From contig CDRNST010000090.1 of NCBI GenBank assembly GCA_977016875.1, positions 1,736,001 through 1,800,000 on the forward strand: DNA of 64,000 bases. The letters run 5' to 3'. The position numbers and the translations under genes are program-made. Below, piece by piece: positions 29,001 through 39,614 of the stretch; position 1 is the first letter of the stretch; each line of letters starts with the position of its first letter. The notes below the pieces were generated by a model that was not told the origin of the DNA, made no database searches, and worked only from the letters and a program-made list of their open reading frames with translations. This DNA is from Pavona decussata (taxonomy: Eukaryota).

Positions 29001-31914
29001 GTACATGTAGATATACAGTACATTACTCATGTTATACCAACAACCCATGTCTCTACTTTGACAAATACTGCAAGCTAATGAACTTGTTTATTTTCCTTTT
29101 TTCACCAACCTTACAACACAATGTATTCCTTACAAAGTGAAACTAAGGAAACTGAGAGCACTAGAAATATTTCTGGAATGTTAATTGAATAATTGGGAAA
29201 GACAGCCAATCAGATAGGAGGTGTAAAACCCACAAGCTGTAAAAGTAATTATTTTTGAGGTTTGTGGTCTTTTCTTATGGTTTAATTTCACCTCTGATTT
29301 GTCAAAGAATGCTAAACATTCCAGACGTACAGTGTAATTCTTAGAATTTTCTTAGCTTTGCTGTAATGGCTACTGTCTAGCGCGAAAATTTTGCAGTAGT
29401 TTCATTTTGTGGATTGGCGATTTTTTCGGGGTTTGCGGTTCAAAATGACTGAAATTTCTGGTCAATCTGCAAAAATTAAAACCCACAAAATTTTCATCTT
29501 ATGCGGTATTATCTTCCACCAACAATATTACTTTGTCCATAATATTTATGTACACACCTCACGCCCTGATTCTTGCATAGCTTCGTTCACTTCCTTCACC
29601 TTTATCTGTGTCAAAGAGATAAGTTGTTTAATACTGTATAACCACATGCTTGTGATCATGTGTTTCCACACTTCCACTCCCTTGCTAACCTCAAGCTTAA
29701 AACAGCACCATAATACCTTCTGTCAAACTGACTTCTAAGTGAAGGGTTTGATATTTCTTTCATGATTCATAATAGAATGCTCAGGTGCTTACTAGAAAGA
29801 AAACAATCAAATAATTAAATCTACAGTGTAACTTCAGTTGCTGGACGGAAACCACTTAATTTCCTTCTGAGCATTGTCCTAATGAGGAAATATGGTCCAA
29901 ACAAGGGAAAGAAAAAATCTTTTACCTCAGTGTGAGTCACACCCATGAATCCCTAGTTAATGATTACTGATGCCCTACCAACTGAGCTAAGAGGCCAAAT
30001 GGGGGCAGATTGTGGGTAATTTAGATCATAAATCGCAGCAGAGAAGATGTGACGGGTACATCGTACATAAAATGTTGTATCATGCAGTACTTGTTGTATG
30101 ACTCAGAAATCAATGTAAATTCATCTGCAGAGAGTAAACCACTTCTTAATTTCCACGAGTTTATTCAATTTGATATCTCAAAACGGTAGGGGTGGCTTTT
30201 TGGAAAGGGGGCTCTGAAAAGCAGGTGAGGGGGAAAGGGGCTTAACCCTTTCACCACCCCCAGGAGTGATCAATATGTAATTTTCCCTTACATTTTCAAT
30301 ACATTGTCAACCAGACAGGTGATGAGAATAAAGAAAATCATCAACTAGCTGATATTGTTTGATGTAACACTAAATTCTCTGAACAAACTTTAAAAAGAAA
30401 TGTATGGCAGTCAGCTAGGAGGATTAACATTCACATCATGGGAGTGAAAGGGTAAATAGACTTTTCCCTGACCATGGCAACCCAGGTAAGAGTCCTAAAG
30501 TTATTATTTTTCTTTTTACTGACCTGTAGCCATAAAGAGAGTCAAGGTTTGAGAACCTGCACATTGCCTGCTCCCTCACCCAAACTTCAAACCTCAGTTT
30601 AGAGTACCCCAACCTCCCACAAACCCTTCACAGTATGAGAGGTCACAATTGAGGGAACAAAATAACTACTGCTGGTGTCCAGTGTTTGTCCAGCATTTCA
30701 GCGGTGCCCTTATATATTATATGCTATACCCCAGGGGTACCAAGGCTGCTGTCTAATAGGAGCCCAGTAGCCTGGGATGCCCAAGAAAATGTTCTGGGTG
30801 CCTAAATTTTTTTGCAGCAGTTAACCTAACACTTCGCATGTACCAGACAAGAAAGAGAGTACCACTGGCCAGAGCCCATAACAGTTTACCACAAGGAAAT
30901 GACTCTCACCCAGTGTCAAACCATACTTATAACATGTCTATAGAACAAGACCAGGCAAGATTTGCGTACAGCTCCATACACTATACATACACTTTGCAAC
31001 TTAAACTCTATTCAAGCCCACCATTTTTGGAAGAGAGTTGGTATGACAGTGGCCCATTTATAATTACATGGAATGTACAGAGCTGTGTTGATATCTATCA
31101 CGACCCTTTTTCCATGACTAACAAAACTATTTTCAGACCCATAAAGAAAGTAAAAGGAGGACAGACTGGGAATGCAGGTCTTCATGTAGAGGAATTTTTT
31201 ACACATTCCTGGGGTAGTATAAAATTACATTTTCGCAGCTTTGTACTAGCAAGACAATGGAATTATTGGTTTAAAGAAACAGTAAAAAGTGAAAAACTTC
31301 AAATGACGTTTTTTTTTATTTTATAACAACAAAAAGCCATGTAAATGATATTCGACTATTTGCCAAAAATAATGAATCGAAAGTGCATGTAAATCTCTAG
31401 CTAGAGATCGATCGCGGGGTCGCGATGTCAAATCTAAACAAATCATAAAATAATAACACTCCTTGCAGGAAATAAAGTCGTGGGTGAGACAGCAACAGCA
31501 TATTAAAATACCTTGAGTTTCCGTGCTTCTCCACGCACTTTAAGTAACTCATTCACAGATTCAATGAAGCCTTGATAGTGGTAGTTACACATACGTTCGA
31601 TGTCCTTGTCGTGAACCCGAATTCGTTCTTCCAGCTTGTCCATAAATTCATTGTGCTTCTCTTCATCGTACACAGCTCTACATCAAAAAGTGAAACAATA
31701 AATGCAGTAAAATGAGACACAAAACACCTCCCCATCTTAAAAGCAATCCAAGCCACGATTAGAAAATCTAGAGGTTTATCTGGCGGGATATTTGATGTAT
31801 GAATGACATTTGCAATATTCACCTCAACGTTGGTCCAAGAAGACCGTCACTCGATTCAATCTCCGCTAAGAGATGCTCCACATGAGAGCTTGATACAGGT
31901 TGCTCTGCCGCCAT
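6799..31914 (-). CDS. EXOC6: Exocyst complex component 6 (Sec15 homolog), 31 coding exons, 774 aa
   Basis: Manually spliced GT-AG exons (minus strand): 31823-31914, 31512-31677, 29558-29605, 28466-28556, 26761-26806, 26250-26312, 24180-24261, 23717-23776, 22972-23037, 22030-22104, 21599-21685, 21133-21179, 20564-20617, 20183-20255, 18299-18370, 17744-17793, 16419-16466, 16218-16323, 15552-15608, 15398-15450, 14359-14423, 13802-13848, 13439-13518, 12792-12846, 11948-12020, 11241-11347, 10878-10958, 10147-10207, 8983-9056, 8234-8346, 6799-6931. Sum 2325 nt, phases consistent. Translation is colinear with metazoan Sec15/EXOC6 as I recall it: EIESSDGLLGPTLRAVYD, HDKDIERMCNYHYQGF, RYYPALKTLEQLE, QDLVDFSPVYKCL, ETFENYYRKQRRKQARL, FFVVED, RKSTNLLLTRTL, YGLSTFKD, VAQTACMSSC, DWSTYFADHG. 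Confidence 0.96.
10270..10425 (-). mobile_element. tRNA-derived SINE
   Basis: The minus strand reads tagctcagtggtagagc (A box) ... ggttcgactcc (B box), embedded in non-tRNA flanks with no proper acceptor stem. Confidence 0.7.
13253..13392. other. Assembly gap (within an EXOC6 intron)
   Basis: Run of N. The flanking exon phases join without it, so no exon appears to be missing. Confidence 1.
16679..17373. mobile_element. Non-autonomous element with a ~200-bp terminal hairpin
   Basis: 16679-16880 is a long imperfect palindrome (cattgttgagttatataagcac...tttttaagaacac / gtgttcttaaaaa...gtgcttatataactcaacaatg). The right boundary is approximate. Confidence 0.6.
18527..18646. repeat. 120-bp imperfect palindrome (mini-MITE)
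   Basis: accctgctcacagag...aacagaattga / tcaattctgtt...ctctgtgagcagggt. Confidence 0.8.
18847..20099 (+). mobile_element. Helentron-associated non-autonomous element (HINE/DINE-1-like)
   Basis: Starts in a T-run. 5' subTIR aactcgtgaatgc with a nearby partial inverted copy (acgagtt). (ggtc)n microsatellite at 18922-18947. Internal duplication (about 18985-19140 and 19165-19320). 3' subTIR gcattcacgagtt, then hairpin ggctc-acag-gagcc and ttt. Confidence 0.7.
24609..25839. mobile_element. Non-autonomous hAT-like DNA transposon in an EXOC6 intron
   Basis: 11-bp TIRs CAGTGTTCTCC / GGAGAACACTG, flanked by the direct repeat ttgtagg on both sides. Confidence 0.7.
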
Positions 31915-32199
31915 CTCTGTTTCAATGGCTGCTTGTTCAAGCTCAGGTTATATGAGGCTGCAAGGAAACCCAGCCAACTAAAACATCCGCCATTTTGAAA
32001 TGAAAACCGGGTATGTCTGAGCATGTGCAACAGCTGTTTCCGCTGCCTCGTTTTAGCGCTAGAATGAACCAAGGGTCCTGGGAACGAATCTTACATAAGA
32101 TTCCCGTGTTGGAAGAAGTCTGCGAACGGGAGACGAACGGGATAGTTGTGGTAATTTTTTTCTTGTGATCTTTTTACTTTAAAGAAGCTTTGAAGCCTG
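31915..32199. promoter_or_regulatory. Probable bidirectional promoter and 5' UTRs shared by EXOC6 and COX17
   Basis: The divergent start codons are only 285 bp apart. The minus strand carries CAAAATGGCGG (YY1-like/initiator-type motif) at about 31987-31997. Confidence 0.65.
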
Positions 32200-32403
32200 A
32201 TGTCGGGGAAATCAGTAAATGCTCCAATTGCGGTACCACTTGAAGAAAAGCCAAAAGAGGAGAAGAAGCTCAAGCCGTGCTGTGCGTGTCCAGAAACGAA
32301 GAAAGTGCGTGATGCCTGTATTGTCGAACGCGGTGAGGAAAATTGTGGAGAACTTATTGAAGCACACAAAGAGTGTATGAGAAAGATGGGATTCAATATT
32401 TGA
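32200..32403 (+). CDS. COX17: Cytochrome c oxidase copper chaperone COX17 (67 aa, single coding exon)
   Basis: [45 protein letters not shown]: Cu-binding CC motif plus twin CX9C, the canonical COX17 signature. Confidence 0.97.
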   Translation: MSGKSVNAPIAVPLEEKPKEEKKLKPCCACPETKKVRDACIVERGEENCGELIEAHKECMRKMGFNI

Positions 32404-33463
32404 ACTGAAGAAGGATTGACTTAAAATATTCAGTGGTCAGGGATGAAGATTTTTGAATTTGGACACATCTGATGCAATCGGCGTAATTCATACGTCATGT
32501 AAGCGTACGTTTGTTCTTCACACATGCAAGAGAAAAATAGAGTGGAAATGACATTGACAAAACACAGTGTATTGTAAATCAAGGAGGCTACAATGTGTTA
32601 TCGCGACTAATTTACTGGAGTATATGTTTGATTCATTTATTTTGCGTTAATTTTTGCGCATTCTTTGTTTGTACTTTTATGTGTTGTGCAGGGTGACTGT
32701 TTCTAGGCTTTTGTAAACAAAGTAAACTGATAAAGATATTTTTCAGTTGAATAATGGATGTTGCTCAGACTTGCTAGATTTTACTCAATACTTAACACCT
32801 TTAATATTAGGGGCTTTAAAGTTTCCACAGTCAGAGATAGTGAAAGCTATGGTGTAACTAATTGCGGTATCGCCCTTGTGATGTGAGATTCATGTAAGTA
32901 CATTACAAAGGTTAAAAACATTTTGTAAAATTCGCAAAGCGCAGTAACAAAAAATCATTAAATTTGTAAATTTTGCAATTTTTGCAGATTTTGTACAATC
33001 AGCAGCACCGCACTGATGATGTGAGATAATTTGCATCAAAAAAGGTGAAAAAAATTTGGAAAATTCACAAAGCGCATTAACGAAAAATTTTTCAGTTTTT
33101 CAATTTTTGCAAAGCCATAACAAAACATCTAAAAATTTGTAAAACTGGTAATATATGGAAGGCCGTAATGAAAAATTGTAAAATTTGCAATCACACTCAA
33201 TCCTGGACATAAATGTAAAATTAATAATCTGTATGCTTCAAAAAATCAATGCTTTTTCTTTTTTTTTTTTCTTTTGGCTTGTCAGACCAAAATATGTGTT
33301 GTTAGAGTTAGATTATACAAGAAAGAATACAAATTATGCCTAGGCTCTGTTAAGGTGTGGCCCCTTAAAACTCTTCCCTCGGCAATCACTCTTGCTAGGC
33401 ATGAAAATCAGCTGAAAAACTTACTCCCACCCATGTGCCTCTCGCAGGACAATAGCTTAGGCA

Positions 33464-33671
33464 CCAGGGCGCCATTGCATAAAGCATCTTAACTGGATAT
33501 TTTCTGCAATCATTTTCTGCATTCATAAGGATTTTCTTCAAGACTATATTGGATCATTTGGGCGAAAGTGGATACGGAACACAACAAAAGTGTGAGAAAA
33601 TCCTTTGGAGTGCAGGGAACGACTACAGAAAACTCACATCATCTTTAGATGCTTTATGCAACTGGGCCCTG
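33464..33671. mobile_element. MITE
   Basis: TIRs cagggcgccattgcataaagcatct / agatgctttatgcaactgggccctg. Confidence 0.7.
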
Positions 33672-36600
33672 GACATCCAATTTTGTGTGACCATCATGAC
33701 TCATAGTTGACATATGAAGAGTTTTATGCAAGAGCATAGTAAGTGCATTTTTGCTTTGAAGTTGCTCCAAACAGGCTGTGTGTTTTGTAGGGAACTTAGT
33801 TCTGTATTTAGTTTTTGAGAAAAAGGCTAAAAGAAAAAAGTAAGTTAGCTTGGTACATTTCTTTAGAATGTAAGCAACACACACAAAAGAGGAACCAATG
33901 CTTAACAGATTTTTTTTTCAGTAACTACCTGGAACACTTTGCTTTAAAATTAAGAGTGAGCTTTTGTGATTGTTTTGATTCACAGCAAATTTAGGGATTT
34001 TTATGGAAAAAGTTGCTGGAGTGCAAGGTCTGAGAACATAACAATCTCATCCTCCAGCTGGTCGGGAGAAACGAATGTTTGGTTTTATCAACAGAGCTGA
34101 TAAGGTAATCTCGCCAGCATAATGAGATTCAATTGCTGATGTTTCAGAGAGTTAACCCTTGGAGAGGGCCAGGCCACATGGTATTAAAATCTCTATGTGA
34201 TCCTGCCATAAATATGGAAAATAAACTTTGCCTATTTTAAAATTTTATGGTAAGGTTACATGATACAAACCTCCAAAATTTTGGAGATCTTCTTACCACA
34301 TGACCTGGCTGTCACCTGGGTTTTCCCCCAACCGGCTGCCATCTTGCAAAACAGTGCCGAGAAAGCCCTGTGCGGTGGGGACACAACTGAAGTACCTTTC
34401 ATTTTGAGATCTGAGTAAAAATGGTAAGGATTTTTTCAGGGACTCTTTCAAACTCACTATGCCAAGCAAAAGAGATGACACTTTGAAATAGTGTTTTTTG
34501 GTTCGACGGGAGACCAGAAAAGGGGTAAATTGAAGAAATAGTTCAGTGCTTCGCATTCCAAACGGGAAAAGAGGAATTCCTTTAGAGGTCTCGCGAAAAT
34601 TCTGGATAGATTTCTCAGAAATTTTGGAGGTCAATTTTCTAATCGGGATTTCCAATTTTTTCGTGTGAATAGGAGGAGGTATATACTTCATGTGAGAATG
34701 CCATATATGCATCCAGATATCTACGTTCAGTAAGGCTTGGCCAGAGCCTTGCACGCATGCGCACATCCTATGTTTACAACCAGGAAGTGTGCCAGTTAGC
34801 TTGGTACAATTTGCACGTAAGGAAAAGTTGCATAAGAACATCGACAAGAACGTAAATAAAAGGTTGCACTTTTTTAAATCTCAATTTCTAATTGGTTCAC
34901 TGCATTCATTGACTGTCGTGAACGGTCAGAAACTTTTTTCATAATTATTGAAGGATGGTGTCAGTTCAAGAAGTAGAATTAGCCTTAATCCGTAATCCGA
35001 TGGAATCGCTAGTTTTCCCGGTGAACTGAATCATCACCTCAGACTTTCGTAAAACAAGAAACATAATGTTTTCTGTTGTCGAAGGACGAAAAGAAAGTGT
35101 CGTTTACAGTGGAAAGTCAACAGCTCGTAAACTCGCTGGATGCCAACAACGTTGTCAAAGGTTTGCTTAAGTTTGTTACTGAGCACAATAGCCATTTTTT
35201 TCTATAGTCCCTGTATATTTCTTACCATATCTCTCTTAGGCAGGAGACAGACGGCTAGCTGTCTAAAATGATTTTGGAAAAACAAAAATATATATTCGAG
35301 GTATATTTTCATATTTTTTTTTTTTCTTTTACAGATGGCTTCAATCTTCAGAAGTGTTAATTGCCTTTTTAAAAGGTACTTTCACATGACTTATCATGCA
35401 AAGGTTTTATAACCGCTTTGTAAAAAGTATTTTTAAAAATAGGTGATAGTTTAATCGTTTCGGATTCTTATGCCGAGTTGTTAAGTTGAAGACAATTTTA
35501 GGGGACAAAATCCTACGAGTGAGACCTCGGTAGCGATCGAGAGGTGAGGTGGAGTATCCCCTTATCTGCATGGACAATCTAAAAGACAACTATTCCTTGT
35601 CCCCCAGATTTACCAAGGCTGTTATTCCTAAAATTATGGGTAGAGTTATCCCTAAACTGAAGCTAAATTGAGTTATTTCCTATAGTATTTTCTTGAAAGA
35701 AACATTTCTCCCTAAATTATTTTGTGAGTTTTCCCTAGTCCGTATATACAAAACCCTTATGAGGGTCTTATTACTCGTATTGTATTCCTCCCGAAACAGT
35801 TTTGATGCACTTGAATATGGTTGCCAAAATAGGGCATTTCAGTGAACATTGTTCCGTAAACGGAGGTAGTAAAATCGTTTAATAATTATCAAGTAATTAT
35901 CATTAAATGGATTTTTTTTCATGGCGTGAAAATCAATGATCGGATGCACTGTTTTTCTAAGTGCTAATTCACCAACGCAGCTTACACGCAATAAACAAAA
36001 TCAATAATTTTTTTGCTTGATCAATGCCTCTGGTTCATTTCGAGTTGTAGCCAACTTAACAGAGGTGAAAAATGAAAGGTTAGCGAACCAAAACAATTTT
36101 AAACCATCGAGAAAAAAACTCTAACTTGAACTCCATTTTTCCGATATTGGTCGTTCGACTGTAGATATTTTAAAGCACAAGCACTTTTTAAAACAATCGA
36201 AAATAATTGGCGCTGATTACTTCTATTGTAAACAAAAAAGAAAAACAAAAAAGATGCTTTTAAAATGCTCGAAGGAAGCCATTTAGTTTCGTGGATACGA
36301 AGTTAACTACCTTAAACAACATTGGTCCTGCCTCGCATTTTCAGTTAGTTTCTTCGGTCATCAGAAGAAATATTCGAACCGGTAAAGTTAGGTAAAGCTT
36401 TCTTATTGGAATTTTCTGTTCTTTTCCTCAACCTATTATCTTGTTTAGTGGAAAAAGCCAGTTTCTAGACAACAGCAAAAGTTTTTTTTTTTCGACAACG
36501 GGGAGATTTTTGTTGAACTTAACTAAAATGGGAGATTGTGTTTTAACGGCAAACAAGAACTGAAGTAATCATTTACTGTTTTTTTCTTTTTTATATTTCC

Positions 36601-36981
36601 TCGGAAAGCCTTGCTCCATATCATTTAAGTCATTTTAGCCTTCTTTGGATGTTCATGATCTTCTGGAATTGAAACTTTTTTTGGTCGGTTGACGCATGCT
36701 GGTGCGTTCCATTCGAGCTTCGTCTTCAAGGTTCTTTTATTTTATTACCATTCAAGATTCTTTGTTTGTTTAATTTTTTTAGGCTTGCATCTTATATCTC
36801 ACCTTCCTCACTTCATTGACTACACAGTAACTAAACTTTTCTTAAGCATCAAAATCAGTTTCACCTCGATATGAGGGAGGGGTGTTAGTAGCAAATGCCA
36901 CTGGTAGCTCGAATTCATTCTGGTTCACAAGTATAAAATCCATATGTTCTAATGTACTGTTGTTTTTCTCTCGAAGACATC

Positions 36982-39556
36982 ATGCAGTTCTTTCTGTTGA
37001 TGCCACTGATCATCTTTTTTGCCACATTCAAACTCGCCTACGGAGACGAAAACACTTCTGATATCGCCTTAGCCTCGAAAAATGATCAGGAAGTTGCGGT
37101 CGAGTCTGAAACCGAGGATGATGAAGAACTGGACGACGAAGCGGCAAAATACAGATGGCTGGCCCCACTGCTATATGATGAAATAGAGAAGCGAGGACGA
37201 AAAGGAAGAAACCGAAACCAAAATGCAGGAAATAGCAGTGAAACTTCGGCGGGGTCAAGCGAAGAGGAGGAGGAAGTGGAAAAGGACAGGAAGCCGAAAA
37301 ATCCAAAAAATAAAGGAAAGAAAAAGAGCAAAGGGAAAAAGAAAGGGAAGAAAAAGAATAAGCAGTTGATAAAAATTACAGAGGAAGGTATGCTTAAACT
37401 CTTAATAAATAATAGGAGAACAGTGATAAAAAGGTCGATCGACGGAACTCTTGAAAATCGATGCAAAGTTCAAAGCATTGCAAATTATGCGCTAAATAAA
37501 GTTATTTGCTCTTTTTATAACTGAGGCCAGATGTATTAAGAAACAGAACTGCTAAGCTAAACAGCATCTAGGGAGCGCCTTTCTCGAAAGTCCCGCAACT
37601 TACCACGTCAGGTATGACTATTTTTTGTTTTTAGATTAATTTGGGTCAGTGACACAAAAAACTGAAGTAACGTGAAATGAGGATCATTTTCCAACTGAGA
37701 ATTGTTCAGCCGGATGAACATTAATTCCTGAAATTTAGCTTTCAAAATCAACAAAATTGTTGTGTTGACGAGCAAGGTGCAGATAAAATAATTTTGGGAT
37801 ACGAAAAGATATCGGCGTCTTCGAGAAACGGAAGCCAGGATATCAAGAAAGGATTTGCCAGTTCATGAAGTGCTTCGTTATTAGCGGGAGCGCTACTTAC
37901 ACAGACTAAAAAGCCGGCCATCTGCGGCGACCCTAAAAGCTAGAGGGTGGAACGGTGGAATGGCGGAAAATCACCTCAAATCCTAAAAGACGGAACGGCG
38001 GAAAATCACCCCAAATAAACTACAACCTAAACCCTTAACCCTACCCTTTACCCTAACCTTACCCTAACCCTAAACCCTAACCCGCTCCCTCTTTTAGGAT
38101 AAGGGGTGCATGATTTCCGCCATTCCAGCTTCGAGGGTTGCCCGCCATCTGCGTGATTGAAAATTTCCGATGAGTTTACGGTTATCGTCATCCAGATTAT
38201 AATTAATCCTTCACAGTGAATGAACTGACCATAGACAGTTTTAATCTGAAAGGCACAAATATTTTGGATTAATCTTAATTGACTTATAGCTAGACTGGAA
38301 GACAAGTTTCACACAACCGGTAATTTCGGCATAGATTATAGGAGCAATACTAAACTTCGGAGGACAGATGACGTCTCTCTGATATCACTTCAGTGTAAAC
38401 TATGAAGACCTCTATGAACTATGTGAGGTAAATATTGGGGAAAAATTCACAACTTTCGACCCTAACAGTCAATCAGCAATCTAAAGAAACAATTCTTGCA
38501 TGGATACACCCTTGTTCTACCCTTAGAGTGTAATAGTATACTAGTTATTTTAACTTCCAAGTAACAAAGGTTAATTAAGTCTGAGGCGTGTTACTTCAAC
38601 ATGAAACCTACAGAAGACTGAAAAAATAGGAAGAATTGCAACCGACAATTTATGTGCATTAGTAATAACGTAAAACAAAAAATGCTAAAATCTCAGTAAA
38701 AAAAAGATTACCCTAAGCAGAAGTGCAATAACGGAAACCTTCGTCTACAGGGCAGAAAAGGGGTAATCTCTTGAATAACAGGCTAATTTGAACGTTAACT
38801 GAACTCCTCCGTCAGTCACCAAATGCCATGGAATTGTCATCGATTAAATATATTTGGCAAACTCACAACGGACACTGTTCAAAACTGCTTTCGGGAGCTC
38901 CCAGAAGCCACGAAAAAAAAACAATAAAATACGCCAAATGAGTTTTTTCAGACCTAATAATTGTAATTTGTGTAGGTTTTTGAGGGAAAATTGTTGTTTA
39001 ATTTTCGATCGAATTTCAACACCATACAAACTCTTATATTACGCTTTGTTGAACTGTGTGGGTAAGTCGTTTCTTAGAGCCAAGTAGGTAGACGTGTGCG
39101 TAAATTAAGATCTGTCATGTTGCTAAGCAACACCCTCTTAACCAGAATAGTAGGCTTAAACGATTCCTGGAGACGGTATTTTAAACTTTTGATGTGATCT
39201 GATCGGAGATTTTATAATTAACCCGAGAAAATAAAATGAAACAGACAGCAACGAATGTTCATACTAAGGGAATCAGCCGTATTTGAACATAGGATCACTG
39301 CAAGAATCTGTTATATGAAAGGATCGGAACTGGTAATATTTATTAAAAACTGAATCATTGTATAATGCAATTCGAGGGATTTGATTGGCTTAGCGGCCAT
39401 GGTATATGAGCCATTATATCATGGCCGAGAAATGGCGACCATTTAATTGTCTGCTGGTTACTCTTGGACAGCCAAATCAGTAAGATCTAGCAATATTTCT
39501 TGATTGTTTTTAATAAATTAATTATTCCACTTGCGCTTGTTGGAAATGAGATGATT

Positions 39557-39614
<58 letters not shown>

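Noticed and set aside
30838-31326. 162-aa ORF antisense within EXOC6 intron 2
   Set aside because: No motif or homology recognised; likely chance.
34293-34847. 184-aa minus-strand ORF
   Set aside because: Runs through repeat-like sequence, non-ATG start, no recognisable domain.
36952-36981. Upstream ATG (MYCCFSLEDI) given by the ORF track for both paralogs
   Set aside because: It lies in a pyrimidine tract before a splice acceptor (gaag at 36976/55834). The signal peptide starts at the next ATG, and a non-coding first exon donor is plausible at about 36382-36392 / 55389.
38020-38085. True telomere or chromosome fusion site
   Set aside because: Short, degenerate, and enclosed in a TIR/TSD-bounded MITE.
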